DNA of 64,000 nucleotides, from positions 1-64,000 of the forward strand of contig JBFLGF010000035.1 in NCBI GenBank assembly GCA_050230475.1. Direction: 5' to 3'. This DNA comes from Ancylonema sp. Taxonomy: Eukaryota. The translations under genes were made by a program, and so were the position numbers. This document shows positions 23,850-36,241 of this stretch, piece after piece (position 1 is the first letter of the stretch; each line of letters starts with the position of its first letter). The notes beneath the pieces were generated by a model, which was not told where the DNA came from, made no database searches, and worked only from the letters and a program-made list of their open reading frames with translations.

Positions 23850-24930
23850 TGAGAGCGCAGCGCAGGCCCCAGCCAGGGTCCCAGCCCCAGCGGAGGCCCC
23901 AGCCAAGGAGAGCCCGCCTGCAGCCCAAGTTCAGGCCTCAGCGGAGGCCCCAGCCGCTCTCAGCGCCCCAGCGCAGCACGCCCCCCCAGCCGCCGCGGTC
24001 CCACCCCCAGCGGAGATCCCAGCCGCGGTCAGAGTCCCAGCGGAGGCCCCTGGCGCGGTCTCAACCCGAGTGGAGGCCCCAGCCAAGATCCCAGCCCATG
24101 CCCCAGCGCAGGCGCACGGTGCAACACCTGGCAATGGGGTCCAGCAGTCCCGAGGGGCAAACGTTCCAAGGCCCCCAGCAGCGATGCAGTCTCCACCAAC
24201 CGCTCAGGCCCCGGCCGCGGTTCCAGCCCCAGCCGAGGTCAGTGCCCCAGCGACGGCCCCAGCCGCAATCCGAGTCCCGACGGAGGCCCCAGCCGCGGTC
24301 CCAGCCCCAGCCTAGGCCCCTGCCGCGGTCTCCGCCCTAGTGGAGGCCTCAGCCAAGGTCCCAGCCCCTGCCCCAGCGTAGCAGAGCCCACCTGCAGCTA
24401 AGGTCCCAGCCCCAGCGCACACAACAAGGCAAAAGGTGTCCGCCGTCGCCACCCATGCATTCGATGGAGCTTCTTCTCCAAGCTGGTGGCGCGCGCCTCT
24501 GTACGCGGCTGCTAGTGCTGAGGAGGTCTATCAGGCGCCGCTCGTTTTTTTTGTAGCCCCTCCCCCACCCGCAGATACACAAGAGTCAGACTCAGGCGTG
24601 ACAGAAAACCCACCAGCGGATGGAGCCCCACTAACCAATATGGTCCCGCAAGCCCCGAGGTGCTAAAGCTCCGGGGACCCCAGCAGCGGTCCAATCTCCA
24701 CCAGCCGCTGCAGCCCCAGCCGCGGTCCCAGCCCCGCGGAGGCCCCAGCCGCTCCCGACCCCAGCGAAAGCCCCAGCCGCGGTCCCAGCCCCATATCAGG
24801 TCCCACCCGCGGTCCAAACCCCAGCGAAGGCCCCAGCCGAGGTTAGAGCCCCAGCGGATATCTTTGCCGCGGTCTCAGCCCCAGTGGAGACTCAAGCCAA
24901 GGTCCCAGCCCCTGTCCTCCCCCCGGATGG
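23850..24930 (+). repeat. GC-rich ~30-bp minisatellite (AEAPAAVPAP-like) inside the Copia element
   Basis: Degenerate units GCGGAGGCCCCAGCCGCGGTCCCAGCCCCA, interrupted by a unique stretch at ~24420-24640. Confidence 0.9.
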
Positions 24931-25458
24931 CCAACCTGCAGCCCGGCTCCCACCCCTTCCAGCTGTCCCAACACTACGACGCAACTCTAAAGAAAATTCA
25001 GGCGTCCCTCCGCGGTACATGGAGAAAATCATTCTGACCATCAAGGACAGCTCTGCTGATGAAAAACAAACAAGCATTCACACAGGCAATGAAATCACCT
25101 GATTCGAAGAAGTCGGTAGAAGCGTGTGCGGCGGAAGTGGCCTCGCTGGTGGTAAACACGGTAAAAGGGTTTTTGCGCAACAACTCAGGAGGACAGGATG
25201 TTCAAAACGAAGGACCTCAACTTCATCACGTTTAGTGTCGGGAGGATGGAGGTAGACATGACATGATGAACAACATGCGAGCGTGGGAGTGGTTCGACAT
25301 AACACGACACTGATTGGGATGATGTTGGGTATCCTGTTGGATGATGCTGGATTTCATACGTGATGTACATTTTTGGGTTGATGTAGTTGGTACATCACGT
25401 ATTTGCTTTTAGTTTTTATGCGGTGTTATTTTTTGTCACATTTAGCATTAGGGGGGTG

Positions 25459-25796
25459 TGTTGAGTGTGTAATGCTAAGTGTGCGCCCGTACGCCCGGGC
25501 GTACCCGAACATTGTCAGCATCGCCGCTCGGGTTCCTTAGCGCCCGGGTTCCTTAGTTTCGCCAATATTAACCCCGTTCGCTTCAAGCTGACTCCTTTGG
25601 TCAGCTTAGTGCCGCCGCCGCACGGACGACGTTCTCAGCCACACCTACCTACGTCTTATCCTAGCAAGTTACTTATCCTGTGTACTCTTGCAGAGATAAC
25701 TAATACTTCTCAGTGATCTGCGTACATGAGCATGCTGTGACAGACGCATAGCCATTCAAGTGAAGCAATCTTCATTTCCGTAATGTCGATTCAACA
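25459..25796 (+). repeat. 3' LTR of Copia element (338 bp)
   Basis: Preceded by the PPT and followed by TSD CCCAC. Confidence 0.95.
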
Positions 25797-26503
25797 CCCA
25801 CTACATCCTTCATCACCCATCTGTATTGCTGTTGTCATTGGTAAAAAACATTCGGAGTTGTGACGGATAGACAACAAAACCCCTCAAATTCCAAATTAAA
25901 ACAATCCTCGTTTTAGGGCAGGAAATGTTGGTCGTGAGTCCAAACAACAACGAAATACTATAGAGTGTATACCCTTGATTTGGAAAGCTGGGTAGTATTT
26001 TACGATTCGATTCATATGAGGATTGATCATGGGAGCTTTTGTAATGTGTCTTGAAACACGGAACGGAATGGGACAGGAATAGAAAAGTTCATGTTATTGT
26101 CAGATTTAACTGTCACAAGGAAAATGTGCGTAATTCATAATTTATGGCGAGGTGTTGTGCGGTTAGGCACACCATTGCACTTGAGAGATCTTGCGGTTGG
26201 GAGTGGCCACAAGATGAAGAAGTATTTTGGCATTTTGGCTGTGTCCAATTCCATTTTGCCATGCTTTTGATTCGCCACTTGAACATATTTGGGTTATTTC
26301 TTCCCGAAAGAGGTTCTGAACTGAATTGCCATGAATACGTCGCTGTGGAATATTCCTTATGCCGAACACGCTGTCTCACGAAAGAGTCCAAATGTTAATT
26401 ACTTAGTTGGATATGTAACATATCCCTGTAATTTTACGCAATTTTGCGTCACAAACGAAATTTCTGCAAATGTAATGAGAGTCCTGCTACAGGATTCTAA
26501 TTA

Positions 26504-26955
26504 CGGTGAAAACTCGTTGTAGGAACACTCGTTACGGGAATAATCGTGTTACAGGCACCAAAATCGTGTGTGCCGTCTTTCCCCCGCCAGATCGTCTTTG
26601 TTATTGACGATAGAACACCACGTTACATGCACACACAAAAAGGCGATTTTGCGCCGAGAACGCGTTATGACGTCATAACACGTGCTGACGTCGACAAGGA
26701 ACCGGGGGAGAAATCGATGCACGTCATCTACTTCGTTTTTTTAATGAGAGTGGTCATGATGAATTTGTGTCAATCGCCGATATGACAGACGACATTCCCG
26801 TGATCTGGGAGCAAAATTTAGAATTTCCCTCGTTACGGGCATATCTGAATTAAGGGCCTCTAGCGAACATGCCTATAACGCATATATAAGTTACGGTTGG
26901 TTGAGTTTACTTATTTCCCGTGTCCCAAAGATATTCATATAACGAGTATTGACTG
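26504..26955. mobile_element. Tc1/mariner-pogo-like MITE (452 bp)
   Basis: TA on both sides. Imperfect 25-bp TIRs CGGTGAAAACTCGTTGTAGGAACAC vs (rc) CAGTCAATACTCGTTATATGAATAT (18/25 by eye). Related copy at 60636. Confidence 0.65.
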
Positions 26956-27599
26956 TATTAACAAACCCATTACAGCGATTATCTCCCTCTGCGTTTATTG
27001 AGTCGCGGCATTCCCACGTATGTATGTTTCGATTGATGGGACGTCAATATCGACATTTGCCATCTGGAATAAGAAACCTCGTTCATATGTAACATCGTTC
27101 AATTTCTTCTAGGAGAATTGCATATTTCCTCGTTCATATGTAATTTCAACCAATGAATGAAAACCATCTCGCCGATGCGAAGAAATTAACGCCAGTCATC
27201 GGCCGACCACCCGGCACAACGGCCAGTCAACGACTGGGATATCCTCAGACAGCGACCCGTTCTCGTCGAAGAACCATCATCCACTGTTCACTGGTCCCAC
27301 CGACATTTGGTTTTTTGAAAATAATTTCCACTAACGGATCCACGATCGTCAACGGAGCTGGCTGTCCAACACCTGTACCAAAACGTCGTACTCGCATCTC
27401 AAAGCTGGCCAGAATTTTTGGCTCCTTCTGTCTGCCTTCGTCCTGCCCGACGGCCACAGTGTCGCATGGAACGGCAAGTGAGTGTAGAACATCGACCGCA
27501 CGTCTGACAAGAGGCTAGCGAGTTCCTCCCTAGAGGCTGGGTTCCTTGTGCTCCTCGCTGCCCGCTTCCCGCACTCAGTCCGTAGGCAGCTACATCACC

Positions 27600-30500
27600 A
27601 TGGTGGCGTTATCTGCCAGTCTAGAAAGCTTACGCCGGCCACGCGGCATCTGCAGGCTAGCTTCGCTTTTCGTATTGGGTTTGATAGTATTTTTCTCGTT
27701 GCCCGGGAGAGTCACCGCTTTCGAAGCCCTGGACCCGACAGGCAATATTACCATCGTCTGGGATGTCATGGCCTGGACGGGGGACGGTTACACTGCCACG
27801 GTCACCATCAACAACTACCAACTCTTCCGACGAGTAGAGGCCCCCGGTTGGGGCTTGAATGTCACTTGGGCGAATGGCGAAGTCATCTGGACCTTGGATG
27901 TAGGCTACCCACACTCTCGGAGCTTTATTGTCTCTGCATTCCCTCTGCATTAGCTGCTGAGCATTGCAGGAAAAAAAGTGAAATTATCAACCTAGAGCAG
28001 ACTGAAAGAGATCATCCACGTGGGTCTCGGAAAATTCTTGTGAACACACTTTTTCAGCCGCCCACCTGTGTTCACCGACCTTGGTGTACGGCCTAATTTC
28101 GATTTGATGGTTCTTGTTGTGCAGGGAGCTCACATCTTAAGCGACGGGAACTGCTCTTCGCTGGCCGTTGCAGGGGGGACTTTGCCATACTGGTGGGTAT
28201 TCCTTCGTTGTAGCCGAACAAAATACTATGAGGCAGTGCTGGTATGATGACCTGCCTAGATTTGACCAGTAGCGCATAACGCGACAGATCCTCTGAGCTG
28301 CTGACCATTTAGTCCGGGGGGTGGCCCGCTGTTTTACTCTCCCATGACTCGAAGTCAATACCAAACACTGAACGGCAGTTTGGTACGACCAGATTTGGGA
28401 CCCAATCGAGTCATTCGCCATTCGCCATACAGCTGTTGCGGCACATGACACTGACGTTGCGGTGTCTTGGTGCTGGCGTGTCTGCCAGCTGTGCGGTGAC
28501 TCCTAGCATCTTCGACCTCCCTGTGTTGGCCACGGGCCCCCCAGGCTGCTGCCAAGGAGGGATGCTAGGCTCTCTGGAGCCTCCTACCACGCCTTCCTCT
28601 TCCAATTTCTCGGTAAGGCTGGGGGGGTGGGTTGGTTGGTGGGAGAGGGACAGGTGGAGGGACAGGCGACTTTCTGTAGTAGTGGAAGGGATAGGAAGGG
28701 AGAGATAGGGATCCAATGAAAGCCTACCAGACTTTGCGGTGCCGTTATACAGCGGCCATGGGGTGACAGTTCTGGGAAGGGGGTCATGTGATCCTGTTTT
28801 TGACCATTCATGCGTCCCTAAGCTCCTTGTTTGCACACACAACACGGCACCGAGTATGCGGAATGACCCATGGGGCCATACCCTACCTCCTGGTCATATC
28901 ATACTGCCCAGCTGATGAGGTCATCTTTCTCTCTTCTTCATTGCCTGCTATTGCCTGCAGATCACCGTGGGCAACATCACGAAATACGACTCCTTCCGCA
29001 GCTTCAAAATGCCATACAACTTCACGTGCGTGCCATCTGGCATCGGCCAACCCATGCACTTGCTTCTCGCGTTCTCCTGAGTTCTCAAGGACGGGGTGTG
29101 TGGCATGTGCTATGAGTCACAGGCATCAGGCATCATGCATGAGGCATCATGCATGAGGTTCTGTAGGAGTAGTGGGTCCAGCTGTGAACTGCTCAGCCAA
29201 TCTAACTCCTAGCGTGTTCTCCTTCACTCCATGTTACTTTCTCCTAGTGGTTGTTGTCACTCACCTGTCAGCCCCATCTTCCCATGGGAACTGAAAACCA
29301 AACTTCCCATCCCTCCCCCTTTCCCCCTTTCCTGGCTGCCAGCCTGTTGATAGATGGCTACACGTGCTCTTCTCCGGCGTCTGCTCCTGCCACCGCGAAT
29401 GTGGGCGCGTCAGGACTGAGAGGAGCAAGCGTAAGTCTGCAGGACACACACAGATGTACAATGCATTGATTGTGTGGGAATTGGTGAGAAGAGCGATAGC
29501 AGATAAGTGGGGGGTTAGAAGAAGTTGTGGTGGGAGTGATTGGGGCATGCATGAGCCTGTGGGGGGATGGGTCATCATAGCGATAGAAAGTAGGCGAGAA
29601 AGGAGACCAGAAACGATAGGTGCAATCAATGTCAGAAGCTCAAGTTCCGATGGCGCTACCGAATGTGAGGTCAGACGTCAAGCACACAGCCAGCCACCTT
29701 TGGCAGGTGGCTGTGTGGGCTGAGGGGGAAAAAGTTGGGGCTGTTTTAAATGCGTGGTCGCATCCTTGGTCAACCCAAATCTTGTCAAGTCAAACCAAGA
29801 TGCCTTCTCTCCTTCTCACAAACTAATGGGAAAGCTCATTTATTAATTTTAGTAGACACAGTCTGAATCGTGCGGTCGAGATGTGGTCGAGATACTTCGA
29901 CCCTGGTTGACCCCCCCCCCCCCAACCTGCTGCTCCCCAGGCTATTCTGACCTTCAAAGTGGTCTGCACCTACGATGCCATCATTGCGAAGCCCCTCCCC
30001 ACCTGCTGCGTCTCCTTCTCTGCCTTCTACAACGAGAGCATCGTCCCCTGCCCAGCGTGCTCTTGTGCCTGCGGAAACTTCACGAGGGACGCCCAGATCT
30101 GCGATGTGGCAGGTGAGGGTGGGAGGGTGGGAGGGAGGAATTGTAGTGGTCGAGGGATGAGGATGAAGCAAAACGAGAGGGAGGAGTTTGTTGCGTGTGC
30201 TGTCAGAAGTCGGCTGTAGCTGCGGCTGTAGTATGTGTCCGCACAGTAGTCCTGAATGCCTTCACCCATGGTGTGCCTGCCAGGGAAGGACTTGGGTCCT
30301 GTAACTTTACACAGGGACTAGCAGCAAGGGTAGGGTATACCGAGAGGTCTGTTTAACAGCTATCTCTCCCTCTCTCTCCCTCTCTCTCTCTCTCTGTGCG
30401 CGCAGGCAACAGCAGCCTCCCTTACCTTGTGTCTGACGGGTTGTCAGATCAAATTCAGCAGAGTCCGAGTGCCCTTGAGTGCAGTCTGGACGGGTGTGGG

Positions 30501-31634
30501 GTGGGAATTCATTGGCACGTGAAGACCAACTATGCGGAGTACTGGAGATCCAAAGTGACGATCACAAACCGAGGGCTGTACACCAATTACACGGATTGGA
30601 GTCTTGTGGTGGAGGTGAGAGGGACAGGGAGAAGGAATTCTGTCATTTTTATACAGGCACCTTTGCTTGCTCTAGGCACTCATTTCACATCAACAAACTG
30701 CCTTGATGATTGTCTCAGGGGTCGGAATCAATCATTTTGCCGATTCGAACAGCTGTCAGGTCATGTGTCTTCCATATGCCTGTAGCGCCCCGCAATTTTG
30801 AGTGCTGAAATCTGGCTGTCGTTGGGAAAATTGAAGTCATTTGCCGGACATCTAAACCCTAAGGTTGTTCACACCAGCCAGGCCGTGAAGGAGTGATACA
30901 GAAACCAAAGCACTCATTCCTGACACCTCCCTGCTTTGTTGTTTGTTGTTTGCTGTTTGTTTTTGCAGCACCCGAGCTTCAACAACCTCACACAGAGCTT
31001 TTATTTCAACTACACCCAAATCTATCCCTATGGGGTGAACAACACAGCGCTCATGTGGGGGTTGGTCGACTACAACGCCATCCTCTTCCCGGCTGGCTTG
31101 ACGGGCAATGTGAACAACGAGTTCCTGTTTGGAAAGTCACCCGACTTCACATTCAGCAACGGGTGGCCCTACCCTAGGGTCAGTCAACTCTTCACTTTTC
31201 TTATTTGTTCATATCATAAAAAGATAATTGTATTATTTCTAACATAATAATATTTATGTGTTTTTCATGTGAAATTCATGTGTAGTGGAAGTAGGGATTG
31301 ATATGTTGTGATGATAACCGTATTCCCTATTTTCTCAGATGACTCTACCCAGTAGGGGTGGATATGAGCCATTTTGTTACGCGTTGCATGTGTCTTGATG
31401 GAGGTCGGTGTTACTCTTCCTCGTGAATCGTCTCAACTCTGATCGGAAGAAGCGGTCGTGTGGAAGTCTTACTTGTGTCTTGCCTTCTCGCAGCGAGTGT
31501 TGTTCAACGGACAAGAGTGCGTGATGCCGACCACATTCCCTGGAATCCCGGGAGCAGCACCCCGCGTAACTGCACAACTAGGCGTGGTTCTGGCGGGATG
31601 CCTAATGGCTGCTGCCCTCGTCTTCATTTTGTGA
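27600..31634 (+). CDS. COBL: COBRA-like GPI-anchored cell-wall protein, 9 exons
   Basis: Signal peptide, then LDPTGNITIVWDVMAWTGDGY, EVIW, LPYCC, the CCVS motif (TCCVSFSAFYNESIVPCPACSCAC), IHWHVKTNYAEYWRSK, GWPYPR|RVLFNGQEC and a hydrophobic GPI tail; TGA at 31632-31634. Confidence 0.95.
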
Positions 31635-33986
31635 AGTTAGTTATTGCGAGGAGGGGTGGGAAGGTATTGGCGTTGCGGCGGAACAATCGAAATCGGGAGA
31701 CAGGAGTCGTCAACCATTGCGCGAGCAAACAATTGCGAAGGAAGGAGATGGCGACACCGTCCGGAGTCGATGGAGTGAATGGAGGAGGAGCACATGCGGG
31801 GAAATCGAGTGCTTTCCCGCCTTGGAGTTTTGAAATAAGTTATGGAAGACTTAATGGCGAGGTTTGGTAGAGATGGTCCACCCTTGAGACCACAGCCTGT
31901 AGTTTTTGTTCTAGATTATTGTTATTTTGGTGAGGGTTACCCGGTAGTTTCAACATGGGCATTGCTATGTGGCTAGGGTGACTTCATCAGATTGTGAAGT
32001 GATGCTCTTGTTCAACCCGTTTGTTTGGTGTGTGGAGATGACTCCTATCTATCATCAACGTTCAACCATTCTTGCACGCCATCACTTATTGCATAATTTT
32101 CAGTCGATGACCTCAAATAACCTAGTAACCCAATACTGGTTATCATGAAAATAATTGCCGATCGAAACCACACACACAAACCCAATCTGCGATAGAAGAC
32201 GCACGAGTATGAACGAATTGAAGTTGTATACAAGCGTTGGAGTATACGACACAGCCTTGAAGTCGATAGTCCTAACTCTGAGCACCCCTTCCACCTTGCA
32301 TGTGCTCCGAGACGTGGATATGCTGTCACTTGTTGGTGCTGCATGTGCTCCGATTCATTGCTACAACAATGCTCTTATTGAAAGACACGTATGGTACATC
32401 TGGGACACTGACTCAAACATGTTGATCCATACTTCCGGATTTCAGGGGACGGTGGTAATATCATCACATCATTTCTGACAGCCTGTGTGTCGTTCTAGGA
32501 CTTTCTTATCCAACTTCGACAAGGCAACTTCGACTTAGGCAATGCAAGCCCGGATAGACCGGTTTCACTTTTACATGTCAATGTTTTCATCGTTGCATAA
32601 AACGGTCCTCAAGCTCCGCGCCAATCTGGTTTTGATAAAGAGGACTTGAAAGAGGGATTTTTTATTCACATTTTGATACAAAGGACAGCGTGACATAGGA
32701 GACGTTATCTGAAGTATCGATTCTTTCGTTGCATCACTCCCAAGTTGTAATGAGGAAATTAGATGGATGTGGCGTGTCCATCGAGTAGTGACGAAGTTGA
32801 GGTGAGTTTGTGACGTGGGATGAGAATGGCTCATGATCTTTTCAAGGCGATAATTTGATCGGTTTCATTCTTGATGCGTACAACATGATGTCAATCATTT
32901 CCAGTGTGGTAAAAGTATGACGTTGCTGGAAATGTGATCAAATCGATGGATATTTTTTGATTGAAGAAAGAATGGGCTCATACATCGACTCTTCTTTTTC
33001 CAGAAAAAGGTACAGAAAGATAACGGTCACTCGTTTTGTTGAGTCATTATTGAGACATGATGATTTCAAGTGTTAAATGGGCTAGCGACTTTGTTTTTGC
33101 GCAATTGTGACTGTATTTGTCCTTTGTAGTACATGCAGGTTTTGCAATTGTCATTATCTCTGAGCACTTGTACAATTTGAATAAAATCGAAACGAATACT
33201 TAGCATAGTAAGGTATGTGACAGAACATTCAAATTGCAAAAAAAAATGCACACTAAAATGCCCATCTACATCAAACGAGGTGGATTTTTTAAGACATGAG
33301 ACTATACAATCGATTGACTAGTATAATTGTATCGGCATGATGCTGCTTCATTTCATATAAGAAAAATCATAAAATATAACCTAGTCCGCATCTACCATAT
33401 GAATATAATTGGTGTTGTGCCATCAGCCATAGTGGGCTATGGCACTTATGAACTGAATTAAACAAGTCAACCCCGAATACATGTTTGCTTGCTCATACTG
33501 AATAGACTTCACGCATGGAATCACTCACGAAAATACACGATACCGAACTCATGTGCAATATATGAATTGGTTATTATTGAACAATGCTTGAAGACATAAT
33601 ACGTCCATTATCTGACTCACTCTAAATTGTAGTGATCGTTTCACACACGTAATGCTAACTACATTTTGCACCATGCGTGCCAAGTGTTGCTCAAATCGTC
33701 AACTCTATGCATAAGAAGTCTGTGTAACTTTTTAACTTTTGAGCATTCTCATGGCTTGAACGATGCTACATATTAGTCACTTCGTTACTTGGTCAACTTA
33801 GCATGCATACGGTCAAATAAATTGACAGACTTCATGCATAACGATGCCCGACTTGGACGCCAACACTACGACGACGACAATGCACGACTACATGCACTGC
33901 GAGTGGCGGCCTCTTTCTCCATACTAACACCGAGACCATACGATAAAGCACACAGATCCTCGGACTATGTAGCTCGCTGGTCGTGA

Positions 33987-36239
33987 CTACGAGCCTATTG
34001 GTGTTAGAATAAACATTTTTAAGTCGTGAGACTCAACCATGGCTCCGATAGCAGACGTGAGAGTTCCAGCAACGTCTTGATGCTGCAATCACGAATGACA
34101 GCGAAAATGGGTCGATTTGCACATAGCACCTCCATGAACATCGAACAATCCTACGTTGCAGAGACGTGTTATAGTCTCGATGACTTGCAGGCTGACATCA
34201 GACGCACTGTGCCATGCCTCTGGTCGTCTTGGTACCTTGCATTTCAAAGAATTAAGAACCTACATTCCTCATGAATTAGGAAATGTGACGCATGCCCAGT
34301 TCGGTTCATCAATTCCCTCCCGACCACATACTGCTGCAATCACTTTGTCTACATTCAATTTGAGCAGAGGGGATGAGCCCACCTCCCACACATCTCGGGC
34401 AGTAGCGATGAGGCCCAGCTCTAGCCCCAGCCCAATGACATCCCAAGTGACCGTAATATTCGTGGCTGCTGTCCCCAAATTCACCAGCGCCACCACTATG
34501 CGCTTGTTGGATAGAGGCCCTGCCCAGATCTGCAGATGGAAGCATGGATCGTTAGTACCTCCATGTGTGTGTGTGTGTGCCTATAGGAAAGTGTGAGGCA
34601 CATAAGTTTGTGGACTTGGTGACTCTGTGACCCTCTGCGACACTGTGAGTGCAAACGGGTCAAAATGGTCAAAATGGTCAAAATGGTCAAAATGGTCAAA
34701 ATGGTAACAGGTGGGCAGCGAGGACGTGAGGAAGTGAGAAAGGTGTGTACTTGCGTAGGCAATGTAGGCATGAGTAGCTGGGGAGACATGGCAATACTGC
34801 AATACTGAGGACGGTATGAGGAATAGGGTGGGTGTTTGTGTTGATGTGCCCACCTCAGTGTTCATCACCCTCAGCACACGCTGCGCCTGCACGCCCAGGC
34901 TGTCTGTAAAATAAGAGGAAGTGGCAAAAAAGGGGTGAACATGGTTCTATAAAAAAAATCCCAGGAGGGTGGATCGGATCAATTTGTCCATTGATTAATT
35001 GATATTTCGAAAGAGTGTATGAATTTTGGATATTCATCCCATGGGTCAGGCTTAAAAAAAGCCCAGAAGGTGTACAGTATACCCTAAATCTTTTCGGTTG
35101 GATCATGGGCTGGAACATGTTTCAATAATTTCATGTCCTTTCCTCTCGATCTTCATCCCTGGGCGGTACGGAATGGATAGAAGGTGAGCGGGGACTAGGT
35201 CACTTCTGAGAGCAGACTGTCATCTAGCGTGCCTCCCCCCCACACTAACACAGTACACCTCTCTTCACTAACACATGAATGGAGTCATACAGCGATTTCA
35301 GGTACTCAAACGAGTCACTTCTTACGTACGTGAGGGCGGCAGTGATGGATAGACTCTTCCATCGGAAGCCATAAAGATAAAGTAGAAAACAATACTGGGT
35401 CACGCGCCGTATATTTGTGACAACGCACCGACGTGAGGGAAAGGGTGCGACGGAAGCACGTGATGTGGCGGTGAGATGAAACGGTCCGCTCCGTTCAACA
35501 CATACCAAAAGTGTGTTTCCGACCCGCTACTCTCCTTCCATACCTTGGTTGATGGCGATTACTTCCGTGTTGAGGAGGATGCTGGCCGTATCTGCCGCCA
35601 TGTTTCGCACGTCGCACCCGATGAGGAGCGGCGCCTGGAGGAGGAAACGAATCCGTGAGCTCCACGTGTACAGCTGTCATTTGTGATTTGATTTGGAAAT
35701 TTTTTTTTTTTTAAGTTTTTTTTCAGCCGTTGCATCGATGATCGATATGAGAATGCGGAGGAGGCCATCCCTCTCTCTCATCTGTCATTGACGAGCCTAT
35801 GCCGCAACGACAGCTGTACCTTCATGATCGCCCACAAGCTGAAATGGACGCGGTACTCGGACGTGGTCAACCCACCATTGCCGACTTCCAGCATGTCTGG
35901 ATCTGAACCCCAGCAAAGCAGATGTACAAAAACGGATACAGGTAACGAATGAGAAGAACAGTGCTCTATGACGTCACACACTCCATACAACGGACCCAAC
36001 CTTGGCTCGCGTTCGATATAACAAGCAGGGGGTAGGTGGGTGTAAATTTGTTTGAGTGGATACCGTTCCAGCCGCCCGGTCCTGCGTAGGCCGCCCATCT
36101 GTTATTCGTATCCACGATCGAGAGAACGCTGCACCCCAGCCCCCGCTCAACGCATCACTCCATGCACCCTGGCCTGCTGCTGCCGCTGCTGCTCACCTCT
36201 GCCACGTGTCTGTGATGTCTCCGGTCGTCCGCCAGCTGT
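33987..36239 (-). pseudogene. Diverged 5'-truncated alpha-galactosidase copy (part of exon 7 to exon 13)
   Basis: Exons homologous to the 40605-45952 gene ([25 protein letters not shown]); breaks inside exon 7 at 36239; its 3' flank from ~31803 matches 38436 onward. Confidence 0.85.
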
Positions 36240-36241
36240 GA

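Larger units (their letters stand above)
21925..25796 (+). mobile_element. Ty1/Copia LTR retrotransposon, internally deleted, non-autonomous (3872 bp)
   Basis: LTRs TGTTGA...TCAACA at 21925-22262 and 25459-25796. 5-bp TSD CCCAC at 21920-21924 and 25797-25801. PBS TGGTATCAGAGC at 22263-22274 and PPT AGGGGGG at ~25450-25456. Gag with knuckle CYCCGEKGHYAKDC, protease DTGASHH and integrase start LDLAGP; frameshifts and stops present. Confidence 0.97.

Noticed and set aside
23653..25037. Ala/Pro- and Pro/Arg/Gln-rich ORFs as host cell-wall or PRP genes
   Set aside because: They lie between Copia LTRs, derive from the minisatellite and contain stops.
32000..33900. AT-rich intergenic block present in two to three copies as a decayed transposon
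   Set aside because: Copy number is explained by the segmental duplications; no TIR, TSD or protein motif found.
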